64,000 nucleotides of DNA. It comes from Takakia lepidozioides. Its lineage: Eukaryota; Plantae; Bryophyta. The notes beneath the pieces were generated by a model. It made no database searches, was not told the DNA's origin, and saw only the letters and a program-made list of their open reading frames with translations. This document shows, piece after piece, positions 24,830-37,779 of the stretch (positions are counted from its first letter, which is position 1; each line of letters opens with the position of its first letter). The stretch covers positions 30,194,001-30,258,000 of the forward strand of contig CM060734.1 of NCBI GenBank assembly GCA_030704615.1, read 5' to 3'. The translations under genes were made by a program, and so were the position numbers.

Positions 24830-25800
24830 ACTAACAGTCAACAAGAATCACCTACTCTTCTTGCTTACAACATATTCTCAATGGTGCGCACATACCAATC
24901 CATCTTCCTCAATCACAATCTATCTAGTGGAAATTAGCTTCTATTACTTCCCTCCTCATACCCTAAACACAAATTTGTGACAAGAAACCATTCACGTCTC
25001 TTGGCACATGATCCATTATGAGCACAATACCATCAACAACATATGCAACAGAATTTGCCTCTCCAAGCTCCTCATCTTAATCCGAATCCATGTCCTCGGT
25101 CGATACCTATGCGAAAGCCTCCAATTCAGCCCCAAGAGCATATGGGGAAGAGAGATCACCACTCTTCACACCTCTATTACATCCTACCCCCCATGGTACT
25201 GTTAACACTCCCAAATCCACTGACATCCAATTCCATGGCTGGCCTAGCACCATTTGCTCGCTCTGCTTCCATCTCCCCTTGAGGAACTAGCACCACTCTC
25301 TAGTCCACCACTGCCACCACCACCTTCACCAAGTCCACACTACAATAGATTGGCCGTATTACGATTTTTTCTTATGTTTTTATCCTGAATTTGACATAGA
25401 AGGGGCTATTGCAGAACATGGTTGCGTCAAGCATCTTCCAAGCAGATGAATGCTTCTTCCAGCATTTATAAACTGCTGCTGCAGATACCGATGGCTGGGA
25501 GTCTAAGAGCCACTCCCTGGTTAGTAGAAGCATGGTAAACGCCATAACCAGCGTGAGAGCCGGATAGGGAGACCCCGCCACCATATTACGTGCTGAGCTT
25601 ATGGCTATTTTCGAAGCACTCTCCCAGTTGTCCTCATCCCCTCCCCCACTACATTTTTACAGATATCCTTACCTCATTATTTCTTATTCGTAATCACCTC
25701 TCCAGCCCATCTTGCCACCTCCATCACCCAGACCGTAACCTCATCACTATTGTCAACCTTGCCGTTTCCATCGATCACACCATACACTTTATCAAACTGT
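24830..25800 (+). mobile_element. Degenerate non-LTR retrotransposon RNase H region (Dualen/RandI-like)
   Basis: TDG...ETPATILRAELMAIFEAL...YIFTDILTSLFLI...HHPDRNLI matches RNase HI motifs, interrupted by stops and frameshifts. Confidence 0.6.
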
Positions 25801-27130
25801 CGGACATCCTGCACGGTGATCCATAGAGATGCAAAGTCCCCCCAAGCCGCTTCAGTGAGAAGAAAGGACATTGGCGGTCTTTTCTTGAAAATTAGTGGAG
25901 AAATGCAGGAAGCCTTTGGGATGTCCTGGAAGCCGATCTCTGAGGAGCTGCTGAGGAACAAGCCTGGGAATGTTTTGATACTTGCAAGTGTCTTGGCAAT
26001 AGCAGAGTGGCATGCAATTCCGGTGGTGACCACAATGTTGGAAGGCTGCGGTGATCTGTTGGGAAGAATTGCTGAATCAGCCGGAGGTGGGGTGGGTGTA
26101 TGTAGAACCCCTCCTACGGGTATCCATTTGCCTTTGCTGGCCCAGGTTGCCTTTACATGTGTTGATTCCAGTCCCATTGGGTCTGTAGAGTTCCGGACTT
26201 TCTTAGGGGCTGGAAGAGTGGGGCTGATTTGTTGTGGTCCAGAGCCTGGGTTGTTTGTTGGACTCTTGATTTGCAGCAGATCTGCGGGTTCATCCGATGA
26301 ATAGGAGGTGCCTCTGGCTCCTACGAGGTTTGTCTTGACCGGAGTGGAGTTTTCCCCTGGGTGGTGGATAGGGGCAAGAAAAGAGTTGCTGGCTCTTCCT
26401 CCTCCTCTTTTCCATTTCCCTCTGCGTTGTCGTTGATTTGTTCAAGCAGATCAACTGGGGGGGCCAGATCCAAGCGTTGCTGGAGTTGTGTGGGCTGTCT
26501 GTTTGGATCGGGAGGAATCTGAGCTGCACGGTCGAAGAATCGAGCTGGGGAGGTGGGCTCCGTCAGCTGCGTGTGAATCGGGAGGGATGACTGTGCTTGG
26601 TGGGCCAGAAAGAAGCCCGTCCCAGAGGAGGGCTGGGGACGGAGTGCGTGAGGGAATCTAGGGGGACCTGATAGCGGGCGCTTCCAGTGCTTGTTGCAGT
26701 TCTTGAGATGGGATGAGGTAAGGGGCCCCATTGTTGTTAGAATAGTAAGAGGTTGAGGAGGAGCAGGCACGGGCACCAGCGAGGAGTAGAGGTAGCAGTG
26801 TAGATCTCGCGCGAAGAGCTTGACTCGGCTTGGGTGGCGGTGGTGGGGGCGATTGGGGGGCCGACCAAGTGGCAGAGTGAGAGTTATAGGACTTGAAGGT
26901 GACGGCGGCAGCTAAGGCATGGGGGATCCGAAGCTGATGAATGGCACCGCTTAATAGATAGGGAGTTAAGATAGAGGTCAGGACAATGAAGGACGTTTGA
27001 TGATTTTTAGATGTGAAGGTGATGATAAAGAGAAGGATGATGAGAGGACAAGAGGAGTGAGCAAGTGCATGAAAAACAAGTGTAATGGAAATCTGTTAAA
27101 GCAACTGCAAAGAATAAAAGTATTAGGATT
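25800..27130 (-). mobile_element. Possible LINE 5' UTR/ORF1 remnant
   Basis: Pro/Ser-rich broken reading frames and strong strand-compositional skew abutting the RNase H remnant; no diagnostic motif. Confidence 0.3.
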
Positions 27131-27549
27131 GAGTTATCCGTCCTGAAAGACTGTTTGTACAGCCACACCAGAAGTAGTCGCGAAGGCGAGGCAGCGAGAG
27201 AGACGAAGAGACCGTTGGGGGTCTCTCTCTCTCACCGCAAACTGCGGAACTCCTCCGCCGCTCCATCCCCCGGAGTTCCCTACTTTTGTTTCTCTGTTCC
27301 AAGATTTACATTCCACTCGATACTTCTTGTTCTGGTGGGCTCTACACGTAGGGCCCTATTTAAAAACGCAGACTAGAACATGAACCATAATTATATCAAT
27401 GTTTGTATGAATAAGTACCTCGTCACTAATGCAACCCTCGACATGATGCTACCATCATGTGTATCTCTACTAGATAGGTACCCCCTAAATTTCTCTTTGC
27501 CTTATCCCATAATATATATGTTCTTTCACGGTTTTCTATTTTCCTAAAT

Positions 27550-28202
27550 CTACACGTAATGCAATATCTCGCAATGTTTTTGGATCTGTGCGTGAGCTTT
27601 CTCAGGAAGCTTGGGGTTCATAATTGCCTCATTCGGATATGAGATAATGAACCAATCAAGACGACAGTTGCTACCCGCACCTGTGTCGTCCTCCCGTACA
27701 CATCCATTGTGAAGTTTTCCATTGGGAAGCTTAAAATTGTGGATTTCTTTAACAAAGAGCACAGTGTTTTGTGGGAGGTCGTCCGAGGCCACACTCGCAA
27801 ATGGCACTAATGCATTGTATGCACCTTGTCCATAAGGATATTCTCTTTTATTGATGATGCTGAAGGTGTCCGGCTGAGAAGCAGTGTTGATGAGCTCGCC
27901 ATTGCTTAGATAACATGTTCCTTCTTCATAGCACTTGCCATAGGTGCTTTTGTCGACTTTTGCTATAACACTCCAGAATCAGTTTTGAGTGCTTTCATTT
28001 TGGGTCCGCTCAAATTAATCACATTGCCATTATCATCTACGTCTTTTTCTCCCTCTCTCGAAATCCAAATTTGGGTGAATTCTACAACCCGTCTCGCACC
28101 ATTGTAGCAGCTTAACCCTCCTGCATCGGTAGTCTTGATCATTCCCAACGATACTACAAGCAAAACCGTAGGAACAACAAACAATGAATTCATCTTCATC
28201 AT
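27550..28202 (-). pseudogene. Intronless secreted 3D-domain (MltA-like double-psi barrel) protein with one frameshift
   Basis: Signal peptide plus SCYNG...FTQIWISREGEKDVDDNG...LKTDSG; after a 1-nt shift at ~27972: VIAKVDKSTYGKCYEEGTCYLSNG...PYGQGAYNALVPFASVASDDLP...KLPNGKLHNGCVREDDTGAGSNCRLDWF...HYV*. The three-Asp pattern is present; about 217 aa when repaired. Confidence 0.75.
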
Positions 28203-28671
28203 TCCTCACTACGTTGTTTTAATTTCAAAACTTACCACAAACTACAATGAAGACTATCACCTTGCAATGACCACTCAAAATAATTATACTCACAAGCTTA
28301 AAATGCCATCTCAAAAAAGTGCACAGAGGTAGTGATGATGAGTATAGAAGTTCTGACTTAATATTGAATATTCAATGTTTAGTAACACTTTGTAGATCAG
28401 GTGAAGATTGAAATTCATCATTGATCAGTTGTTTGATCTTTTATAGTTGCTTTAGGGAGCACCATGTTCATCATAGCTTGTCATAAACTATAGACATAAG
28501 CCAAAGAGCTCTATGACCTAATATTAGTTACTATCTTAGATCAGTCCAACAGATAAGCCATATGGATTTTATTTAATGTACTTCAATTCCGTCCCTACTG
28601 AATCGGAGTTCAGAAGAGATAATTACAAGAATACTCGTCTGATTGACCCCAAGGATTGACCATGTTTTTAA

Positions 28672-29184
28672 CCTAGTTGCACAAAATGACGTGACGTGAC
28701 GTTAACACGTCAGCAGCACGTCCGAAGTCGCATCCTAACTTACATCACGTCACCTCAAAATTGACTCTACGTTGTGTAATGTTTTGTAAATTTTAACTTT
28801 TATATTGTATAGTTTATTATAGTATCACATAAGCCGCCATATTATATCTGGTAGTTCAAAATTTTAAGAAACTATTTTCAGAAAAATATATGAGAGCGCA
28901 AGATTTAGCGGCCCTAAATTTAAAAAATATATTTGATAAATCGAGACCGCCAGCTCTGTACGCCCCGCATTATCAAGCTGACTAATTGTAACGGCTGACA
29001 TGGCAATTGTTTTTGTATTGTTTGTTTATGTCACGTGACAATTTTTTGTATGGTTTAGTTTATGTGATACTTGTCTTTATCCCCTATATTTTTATTTTTA
29101 TTTTAAATATAAAATTGACATAACGCAAGCCCATCTCAGCGTCAGATCTGACGTGACCTTATGTTAGATCAGTGTGCAACCCTA
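28672..29184. mobile_element. hAT-like MITE
   Basis: Imperfect TIRs (cctagttgcaca / tgtgcaacccta), 8-bp TSD gtttttaa (28664-28671, 29185-29192), subterminal gacgtgac repeats. Confidence 0.65.
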
Positions 29185-29220
29185 GTTTTTAATACCATCT
29201 TTATATTTGATAATTATATT

Positions 29221-29600
29221 CAAGGCGGTAGTGGTGTTACATTTATTTGTTTATAGGCCCTATTGGGAACAAGTACCCACCAGTTAGTGTACTAGGGTTT
29301 ACTTTCACTTTTGCACGTTTCATACCACATGTTGTCTATCGCTATAATCGCAAACATCTTTCACACCGCTCGTTCTCTTTTATAAACATATTGTCTGAAA
29401 TTGTCCCTATCCATTTATAACTCCCCACATTAATTAAGCCTCTAAAGTCGAATTTATCTACCACTCTTGAAAATATGGTTTAAGAACCTTATAAGTTATC
29501 ATTAATGATATCTGACCACAAAACTCTCATTTATACTCTTGGCCATAAATTACCATTCAATAAGGTACTCCAGTAGTTAGAGATGTTTTGAACCACACAA
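29221..29600. repeat. Diverged ~370-bp repeat, inverted copy at ~35335-35703
   Basis: Collinear reverse-complement blocks, e.g. ttagtgtactaggg, gcctctaaagtc.aatttatctacc, cttggccataaat, ttagagatgttttgaacca. Confidence 0.8.
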
Positions 29601-30234
29601 ATATTGACGTTATCCTCATGCATGACTATGTTGCATTGCCAATTTCAATTTTAATGCACTTTGTTGTAGATGCAACTTGAACCGATTGGATCAATATGAA
29701 TAGGAAATGAAGTCAAGTGGCCCCAACCCTAAACTAGTGGAGCAATGTGGATCAGTGTTGGTGGTGATTAGATTTCACACTAGAGAATCACCAGCCGTTA
29801 GCCTGGTTATGTACCCCTGAAACTGGTGGTTATGAAAAAAATCAAATAACATGTGTTATTGATAATCTTCAGTTATTATCAGTGTTGGGTGGGTATGTCA
29901 CTGAGGACATGACCTACGGGCCCGGACTTGTCAATACGAAAACACATTAAAAGCCCTTCAGAGCTTGTGAAGAAACAAATATTTTTGTTGTCCGAAGGAT
30001 ATGCATAATTTGTGCTCATTATTTCCTTGCCGGACATAGGTATAAAGGGTTTGTTGCTATAGAAGCCTCTCGGTCATGTATCAGGGCAGGTCATGAATTT
30101 TATTAAAAATATATATTTTAACTGACTCCAACTTCTCTAAATATTTTTATCTTAAGAGAAAAAAAAAATCAATTGCCAATGGCTCAAGTACATCATTATC
30201 CCTACCCTCACTTTGTTAAGCCATGCCTTAAGAC

Positions 30235-30885
30235 AATGATTACGCATTCACTTGGGTCTACAACTATCTAAGCGTTAAAAGTAGCTTGGACGTTAACATT
30301 AGGACTATGCATTTACTTGGCTCTATAATTATATTAACGATAAAATTAGTAGCTTAACACTAAAAATATCTTGGATCTCAATGTTAGGATTACGCATTCA
30401 CTTGGGTCTACAACTACTTTAATGCTAAAAGTAGCTTGGACCTTATTTTAGGCAAGGACTACGTATCCATTTGGATCTACAACTATCTTAACCCTAAAAA
30501 TGGCTTGGACCTTAACGTTAGGACCACACATTTGCTTGGATCCACAACTACATTAACGGTGAAAATTCTTGGACCTTAGCATTAAGACTACGCATTTATT
30601 TGGTTTGCAACTACCTTACTGCTAAAAGTAGCTTGCACTTGACATAATGCAAGAATTACGCATTCACTATTTGGGTCTACAACCCCCTTAACGCCAAAAG
30701 TAGCTTGACTTTACTTATAGCAACGACTGTGCATTCACTCAATGGGTGACCCACAAGTATTGTAGTGCTAAAAATAGCTTGGATTTTACTTAAAGAACGA
30801 CTACACATTCACTAATTGGGTGATCTATAAACTGTACCTTAATGCTAAAAGTAGCTTGCACCTTAAACGTTAGGAGTATGCATTT
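30235..30885. repeat. ~60-bp tandem minisatellite, about 10-11 diverged units
   Basis: Unit approximately ga.tacgcattcacttgggtctacaacta..ttaa.gctaaaagtagcttggac.ttaa..ttag, repeated head to tail. Confidence 0.9.
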
Positions 30886-31754
30886 TGTGGCAATATGTTC
30901 AAACTAATCTTTGTCTGCATAAAGCGTTGAGTGCAAAAATGAAGCTAGGATGTTGTACACTTGCTTTTTCTCCTTCTATAACTCCCCCTCAAGCCATAAT
31001 TACTAGCTTAATGTGCGCGTATGTTAGTTTTCCATTGCGCCTTCAGCCCAAATAAGAGCTTCAGCAGAATGTTGGGGTGTGACAGTCTTTTTTAAGCCCC
31101 CCAATAGATCATCCGACTATTAGGGCAACATAAATGGTGGAACTTTCCTATGGTTGTAGGCAATTTGGAACAACTCCCAACGCTTGATCGCTTTGATCTA
31201 ACTCGCCCTTGATCGCTTATTGGGCTTTCACCGCTATCGAATTTACTACTTTCTACAGAGGTTGGATAGTGGTGATCATACTCATGCCAATGTGAGCAAG
31301 CAAACTAGAATATTCTATAGATTCATGAAATATCATGAGAATATGCTACAGCAAAACGAAAATACGCTCACGCGAAACTACAAAATTTGTGCTCACACTC
31401 TTTTGGGTTTGTTTCGCCAATGAAACTCATTGTGCTCACGTAAGCACAAATTTTGAAGTAGTTTTGTTAGCGAAATACTAATGTTAGATGATATCATCAC
31501 GACCTTTATTTTTTATGAAATTATAATATTAAAACTAGTGTTTCACTATTAAATATTTATGTTTTACAGAGAGTTTTAACTAAAATATACTTATACACCA
31601 TGTTATTGACCCTATTAACGTCGGGGTACCATTATTTGTATTTTTGTTCACAAACATATTACTCCTATAACCGTGGATCGTTCTCACGCTTGTTTTCTTT
31701 CCTACTCACGTTGTGCTTACATGATACCAAACCCCATTCTACATATACTTATAT

Positions 31755-31915
31755 AGGCAGCAGTGGAATTTCTACTTAAGTCTCTTACGAGTGGTTGTGG
31801 GTTCAAACCACCCTGTTGGTTATTACAAAGGTGTCCACCTTCCTACCGGAAGGCAGTAGCCCTTCTGGATCAAGTGACACCATAAGTACACTTGCTTCGG
31901 CAACACGTCCACCTT
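31755..31915 (+). mobile_element. SINE-like repeat related to 20015-20275
   Basis: ggttcaaacc B-box-like motif and shared cores aaggtgtccaccttcc and tacacttgcttcgg. Confidence 0.4.
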
Positions 31916-32479
31916 ATTCTACTTAAGTTATGGCGCACCACCAAAAGAACCCTCAACTCCCTATGAGAGCTATGGTGAGTCTCGGCCCACCCTTGTGGCT
32001 GTGGTGAATCCCAAGACTCTATGATTCCCATGCACATAGAGCCCCTAAGCTCTTGATGAGTCGTATACCATCCACACTATGTTCCCCCTAATCTATGGCC
32101 CATGACCACCACTTGAAGCCCCACCGCATTCCGGTTGAAGGGCTTCCTTAGCCACCTCAAGGGTCTTGGCCCACCATGGGAGCAACCCATTCAGTGTCTT
32201 GATCCCGCCCTTAAGACAAAAAACCATGAAAAGATTGTTCATAATTGATTTGAACCCAATATCACCCAAGTGACACTCAGTGATTTAGTATTAAAGCCAA
32301 TACTAGTGAATCCACATTATGAAAAGTCAAGTTTAGGGTTGTTGTTGGTGAAGAGGAAGAGACTAAGACTCATGCCCTTCACCCCAAAGGAATATGACAT
32401 TTTACCTGAAGGCATAATGCATTTTGTTTGGAAGGTTAATACTTTTTATCGACTATAAATGGGGCAATGCGGTTGCCCA

Positions 32480-33900
32480 AAACCTCCCCCAAGGTCTCAA
32501 AAGACCCTATGTAGCCACACATTAAGTAAACAGTTGATCCGAATGCCCTTTTATAGTTGAATTTGCATTGGTTATGATGGGTAACATCCGACATACACAT
32601 ATGTGGCTTTGATCCCACCAACTATAATTTGTAAGGCGATCTTGTGCCCTAACAATTGGGCTATTTGCTGGATGTTGATAATAGTTGGTGTGTTTGAGCC
32701 GCTTTTTGTGACAACAACACGATATTCTTGAATGTAACATGACATTGTGTATCCTTATCATCGTAGCCCTGCAGTATAATTTATTATCCTTATTATTATT
32801 CGAAACAATGAATGCTCACAAAACTTACAAGGCGTGACAGACACTTAGGGGCCTTGCCACTTATGTAGGTAAGAGATAAATAAACAAAAATTTCTATTCC
32901 CACCAGGCAAGCAGCGACCTGCCGACTAGTATGCATTCGCCACCAAGTGTCTCCTTGCTTGGCTGTCTTGCATTTCTTCAAGCAAGTCAATGAGGGGGGC
33001 AATCCCTTTCTATTCAGCCTGACAGTACTAGTGACCCATGTCCCAAGCAAAGCCATATTGTATAGCAACTCTGGTGAGGTGAAGTAATTGTCAGTTACCA
33101 CCACATGCCCAAGCCCATGCAATCCAGAGACTAGATGAGTGACCACATCATATCCTTCATCTTTGCCAGACTTCTCCCTCATGCCCTGGGGGCCACCGTT
33201 CTTGCCACAATAGACATCAAATCGTACATATAGCTACTGACTGCATCTGCAGGGGCCCAGACTTTTATGCCCCATTTCATTGGCTTTTTGGGCATATATT
33301 GGTGTATGGCACAATATTTTCCCTTATACCTTATCATGATTTCATCCACAGTTAGCAATTTGTTCAAATTCCAATGACATTTGCAAGCACTTGCAATATC
33401 CTCACAAGCCCACCTCACCTTGCCAATCTTGTCGAATGCAGTACTAGTACGATCAGACACCAGGATTAAGTTGTCCACCAAATGCAAGCACCGCAAAATA
33501 GCTTCATACCGATCGTTGGTCATAACCTTTCTAATGACAAGGCATGCAAAAAATACCTCACTTTGCTGCTAGTAGCAGCGGCTGTTGGGCAGCCTCTTTA
33601 TCCTCATGAACAAACACAAGCCAATCCAAGCTTCCAACTTTGTCACAAATCAATGGCCTCCACATTGGCCCACCTTGAGTTCCACATGGCTATATTCTCG
33701 ACAACATACAGATTTGTCTCTCGACAAATTCGATCAAGGATTGTACTCAACCAGAACAATTTGAAAAAAGAACGCACAACAGGAGAGGTCTATGTCATGT
33801 TGCCCAGACAAGGCCCAGGTGCAGGCCCACCAAACAACTCTCTATCAGTACAAAAAGTAGTTTTTGTGCAGTCCCATTTTCCAAGACTAGCAAACAAACT
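32480..33900 (-). mobile_element. piggyBac (PGBD/DDE_Tnp_1_7) transposase pseudogene
   Basis: MTNDRYEAILRCLH...DKIGKVR...LTVDEIMIRYKGK...QYMPKKPMKWGIKVW, then VVTDNYFTS...TVRLNRKGLP; frameshifted. Confidence 0.9.
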
Positions 33901-36900
33901 AGCAAAAGATGCATTTGGAACATCTTCCGCCTCCTCACAGTCACCATCATTTTCCCAGTCCTCTTCCTCACACGAATCGCCCTCATATCCATCCATAGCA
34001 ACCATCTCGACATCCCTAGGTACAGAATTCCCAAGTTCTAAAGTACTTGCACCCACAAGAGCCACGACATGAACAGAGCCCAAAAAAATCCGAGTAACAT
34101 CACTCAAAGGAGACCTGCAGGGGTTAGTGGCAGCAGCAATACAAGTGTCGAGATTGGCACGCAAGTGTGCGGTAGCTGGCACATTGCCCCCCCAAATCAT
34201 GAGGAAGCGAATTCTGATTGCCCGCAGGTCTCGACCGTTTTTCCCGAGCTAAAGGGCCTGTATTGTTTGACTGTCCTCATCTAGCCAGACATCTTCCCTT
34301 AGCACTTCGTTCACCGCCTCACTAAAGCCTTGCTTGTCACCTTCCTCCCTCCTCTCTTTCCAACCCAAAATCAAACTGACATGCCTTCTAAACAGAAAAC
34401 GGTAGTTGAGAGCACGAGGGCGCAGGCCAAGGCTCTTGAAGAGGTTGAGGATGTTTCTTTTGCGGAGGATGTTCTCAAGGTGGCTATGGCGGAGCATTAC
34501 TCAACACAAAGCAGGCCTAAGATCTCTCTCAATTGCCCCTCAGTAGCATGATGTTCTACCCAAGCCCAGTGTGAGAGTATTTCCACAACTTTCTTATATA
34601 CCAGCTGAGGTGTTGGTGGCTCGTGTGTCCAGCCCTGCCCGCCGGGACCAACCTTGTCTTTTACCCGCCCCAAGACCTGCATAGGCGGTTAGTGCTCAAG
34701 GAGGCCCCCCAAAAGCCCTACATAGTCGGATTAGAGGTGTGAGATGGCTAATAATAGTTAAGAGACACTGCGATTTCGCAACATTCCTCATTAATTGTGT
34801 CCCCTTTGCTTCCTGCTTGTCCCTATTTTGGGATGTGTCTGGCCGTCGTGATTCACTAACCGTACTACCCTGCATTTGCTGTGCAGTTTGTCATTTACAT
34901 CTTGGCGATCGTCTTTATTTCCAACTTGGGCTGTGCTTTTCATTTGCTTTAGTTCTTAGTGTGCGCTTGGATATCTAGGGTTTGGGTGCAGATCCCAAGC
35001 GCAAGGTGTCTGATGCTTGTGTATATACCCTGGTACATACTCGGCTCTCACCTATGTACCTATTGGATTACAATGTTGTGCGGGTAGTGCCTTTTTAAGG
35101 AACCCGCCGAGTCCGGTTTCGGACTTTTTTTGGTACCAAGTCCGGGTCCGGGTCCGGGTAGTTGTTGGAAAATATTAGCGGGTTCACGGGTTCGGATCCG
35201 GGTCCTAATTTATTGATTAAATAAATTAGGAAAATAAAATTAACTAGAGAGAAAATTATTTTTGGCTGGAAAAAAAAACTAAATCCTTATTGTGAATTTT
35301 ATTTTAAGAGATATTGCATGTGGATAACGTCCACACATGTTTGGTTCAAAACATCTCTAATTACTGGGGTACCTTATGGAATGGTGATTTATGGCCAAGA
35401 ATACATTGAATGAAACTTTTGTGGTCACAAAATCTTAATGATAATTTTTAAGGTTCTTACACCACCTCTTCAAGGGTGGTAGATAAATTTGACTTTAGAG
35501 GCTTTAACACTGGGAGTTATAGATTGAAAAGAACAATTTCAGATAATGTGTTTATAAAAGAGGTGTTTGCAATTAGAACTTATAGATAGCGGGTGGTGTG
35601 AAATGTGCATAAGTGAGAAGATATACCCTAGTACACTAACCGGTGGGTGGTTGTTCCCAGAGGGACTAAGAAACAAATAAATGTAATTCCACCGCCACCC
35701 TTGCACTATTATGTGTGTGTGTGTGTGTGTGTGTGTGTTTCTTTATTTATTTAAAAAATTAAAAAATTATTAATTTCATTTTCTATACAATTATCAGGTT
35801 CAGAACTAGACCTTATCACAAATGTCCCTCATTATAGTTAATACTCCAACAATATTTTATCTGTCTGGTATCAATCTTAGGTGGTTCGCTATTTTTTTGG
35901 TAATAACCAGTGTTGTGGGGGTCCAGGTTTCGACCAATGTTGGACTGGTATCATAAACATTTCATACCATCCAGGGTTTGGTGTCATCGGTGAAGAGGCC
36001 TCCTTTATACCTGGCAAGTATTGGTATCAAAGTAGATATCAAATTTTTAATGTACCATTTGGTATGTATATATATTTTTATTTGCCTGGTATGGTATGGT
36101 AGTACTGCAATTTTCTAAACTTATGCTGGGGGTATATCAAGACTGATCAATACATTGCAACATAAAGCCAAAATCAACAGAAAAGGCTTGAAAACCATAG
36201 CACCTAACTGTTTGACCACATGAGAACCCCAAGCCCTTACTCAGCTTACTGAAGCACAATGCAATCATAACAGTAACCCAATGCTGAAGAAATCGCTAGG
36301 TTTTAAGCAAAAATGCCAATCTCAGGGCATGTGCCAAGCACTCTGCATTGCTGCACCCTAGCTCCACATTGATACCTAGGGTGCAAGTGACAGCGAGAGA
36401 CGGAGAACTGTTATCAACAAAGCTACGTTCTTTGCAATACCAGGTTGGTATGATATGAGCCCAAGTATTAGGCTGTCGCTACACTGTCCCCAATATGTTC
36501 TGCCCAGGGTACTGCCCATTGCTTATACCCATCTGGTCTGGTACCTTGCTACGATATCCTTACCCTTGTTGATACCCCGCCTCGCTCCCATATACTGGTC
36601 CAACACTGGTTTTGACCCCGAGTACCCGGCCAGTTAGGTTCCGGGTTGCCGGAACTGTGCCCAGACCTGTGTCATCACCATCAACCTAGACCCTGACCCG
36701 GGTTCATTCTAAAACGGACTCGGAACCGGACCTCGGACCTGCATGCTCGGTCCAAAATCCATTATATCTGCTCTCTGCGGGCTAGTGTAGTGGGTTGGGT
36801 CTAGGTTTTAAGTTTAATAACTATATATATGTTTTTTTTTTTAACTAAAATTTTATATTTACCTTGTACTTGCGCGGAGATATTGAGAGCAGTCTCTTCT

Positions 36901-37159
36901 CCCTCACTAGATTAGCTCATCGTTGGTACACTACTCCTCCTCCCCTCTCTTTACATTTGGTTTTTTGTTTGTTTAGGGTGGGGCATGTGGGGTCCACCTG
37001 TTTTGCAATTTGTGTGGAGGGGATGAGCAGGGAGGCCGCTGCAGTGGCCAGCCCCCACCACTCAAGGTAGGCCATCTCGACAACCAAGTTGTACCCAGTG
37101 GTAATGGGCACATACCACCTCAAAAGTGGTTCACACTGAACTATGTTATAAGAGAACAT

Positions 37160-37580
37160 AATTGTTTATATCATGCATGGCTGTCAAAAGTTGAGTGATG
37201 TTTCACCTGGGGTCCAGTACCATGGACATGATAGAATAGTGCTAGTCATTCTTGTCAAAGGGTATTCTTGCGATGTAATCTATCCATGCCAACAGTCTGT
37301 GGTTTCCGTCCCATACAAAGAACATCTTTCCCTTGAATGGCATTGTCACGGGGTTTTTTGAGAATGACTCTTCGACTTCTTCGTTTACCTCCTTCCATCA
37401 AGCACCCCAATCTGCCATCACATCTTCATCCACCATTCTCTTCTTGCCATTGGTGTCCAACAAGAACACATAAAATACTTGAGTCCCCAGCATGTAACCA
37501 TGAATGAAATCGCCTTGAAGATTTGTTATATCGGGCGTAAGGGCAAGTCGAACTGCATGAATGGAAACCATCTGATAGCG
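37160..37580 (-). pseudogene. Orphan ParB-like domain fragment paralogous to 45241-45720
   Basis: MVSIHAVRLALTPDITNLQGDFIHGY...VFYV...FKGKMFFVWDGNHRLLAWIDYI...ITQLLTAMHDIN, with in-frame stops. Confidence 0.85.
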
Positions 37581-37779
37581 AGAGAGAGAGAGAAGACTCC
37601 GGCCGAAGCCGGCGTAACTAAGAGCCACTTCGCCTCATGGCTACTGCCCCTTTTCGGGGGTGGGCCCTATACAGAAAACAGGTGTCCAGGGGACACGAGG
37701 TAACCAGGGGGTAGCGGTACCTAGGGTACCTCTAAGGTACCCAGGGGTATCCTAGGGTACTGTGGGGTATCAAAGAGGG

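Noticed and set aside
30235-30885. 60-bp repeats as a CRISPR or coding repeat
   Set aside because: Whole units are homologous head to tail with no unique spacers and no ORF; an ordinary minisatellite.
35095-36760. ccggg/cgggt-rich tracts as ends of a non-autonomous element
   Set aside because: Plausible subterminal repeats, but I could not define TIRs or a TSD.
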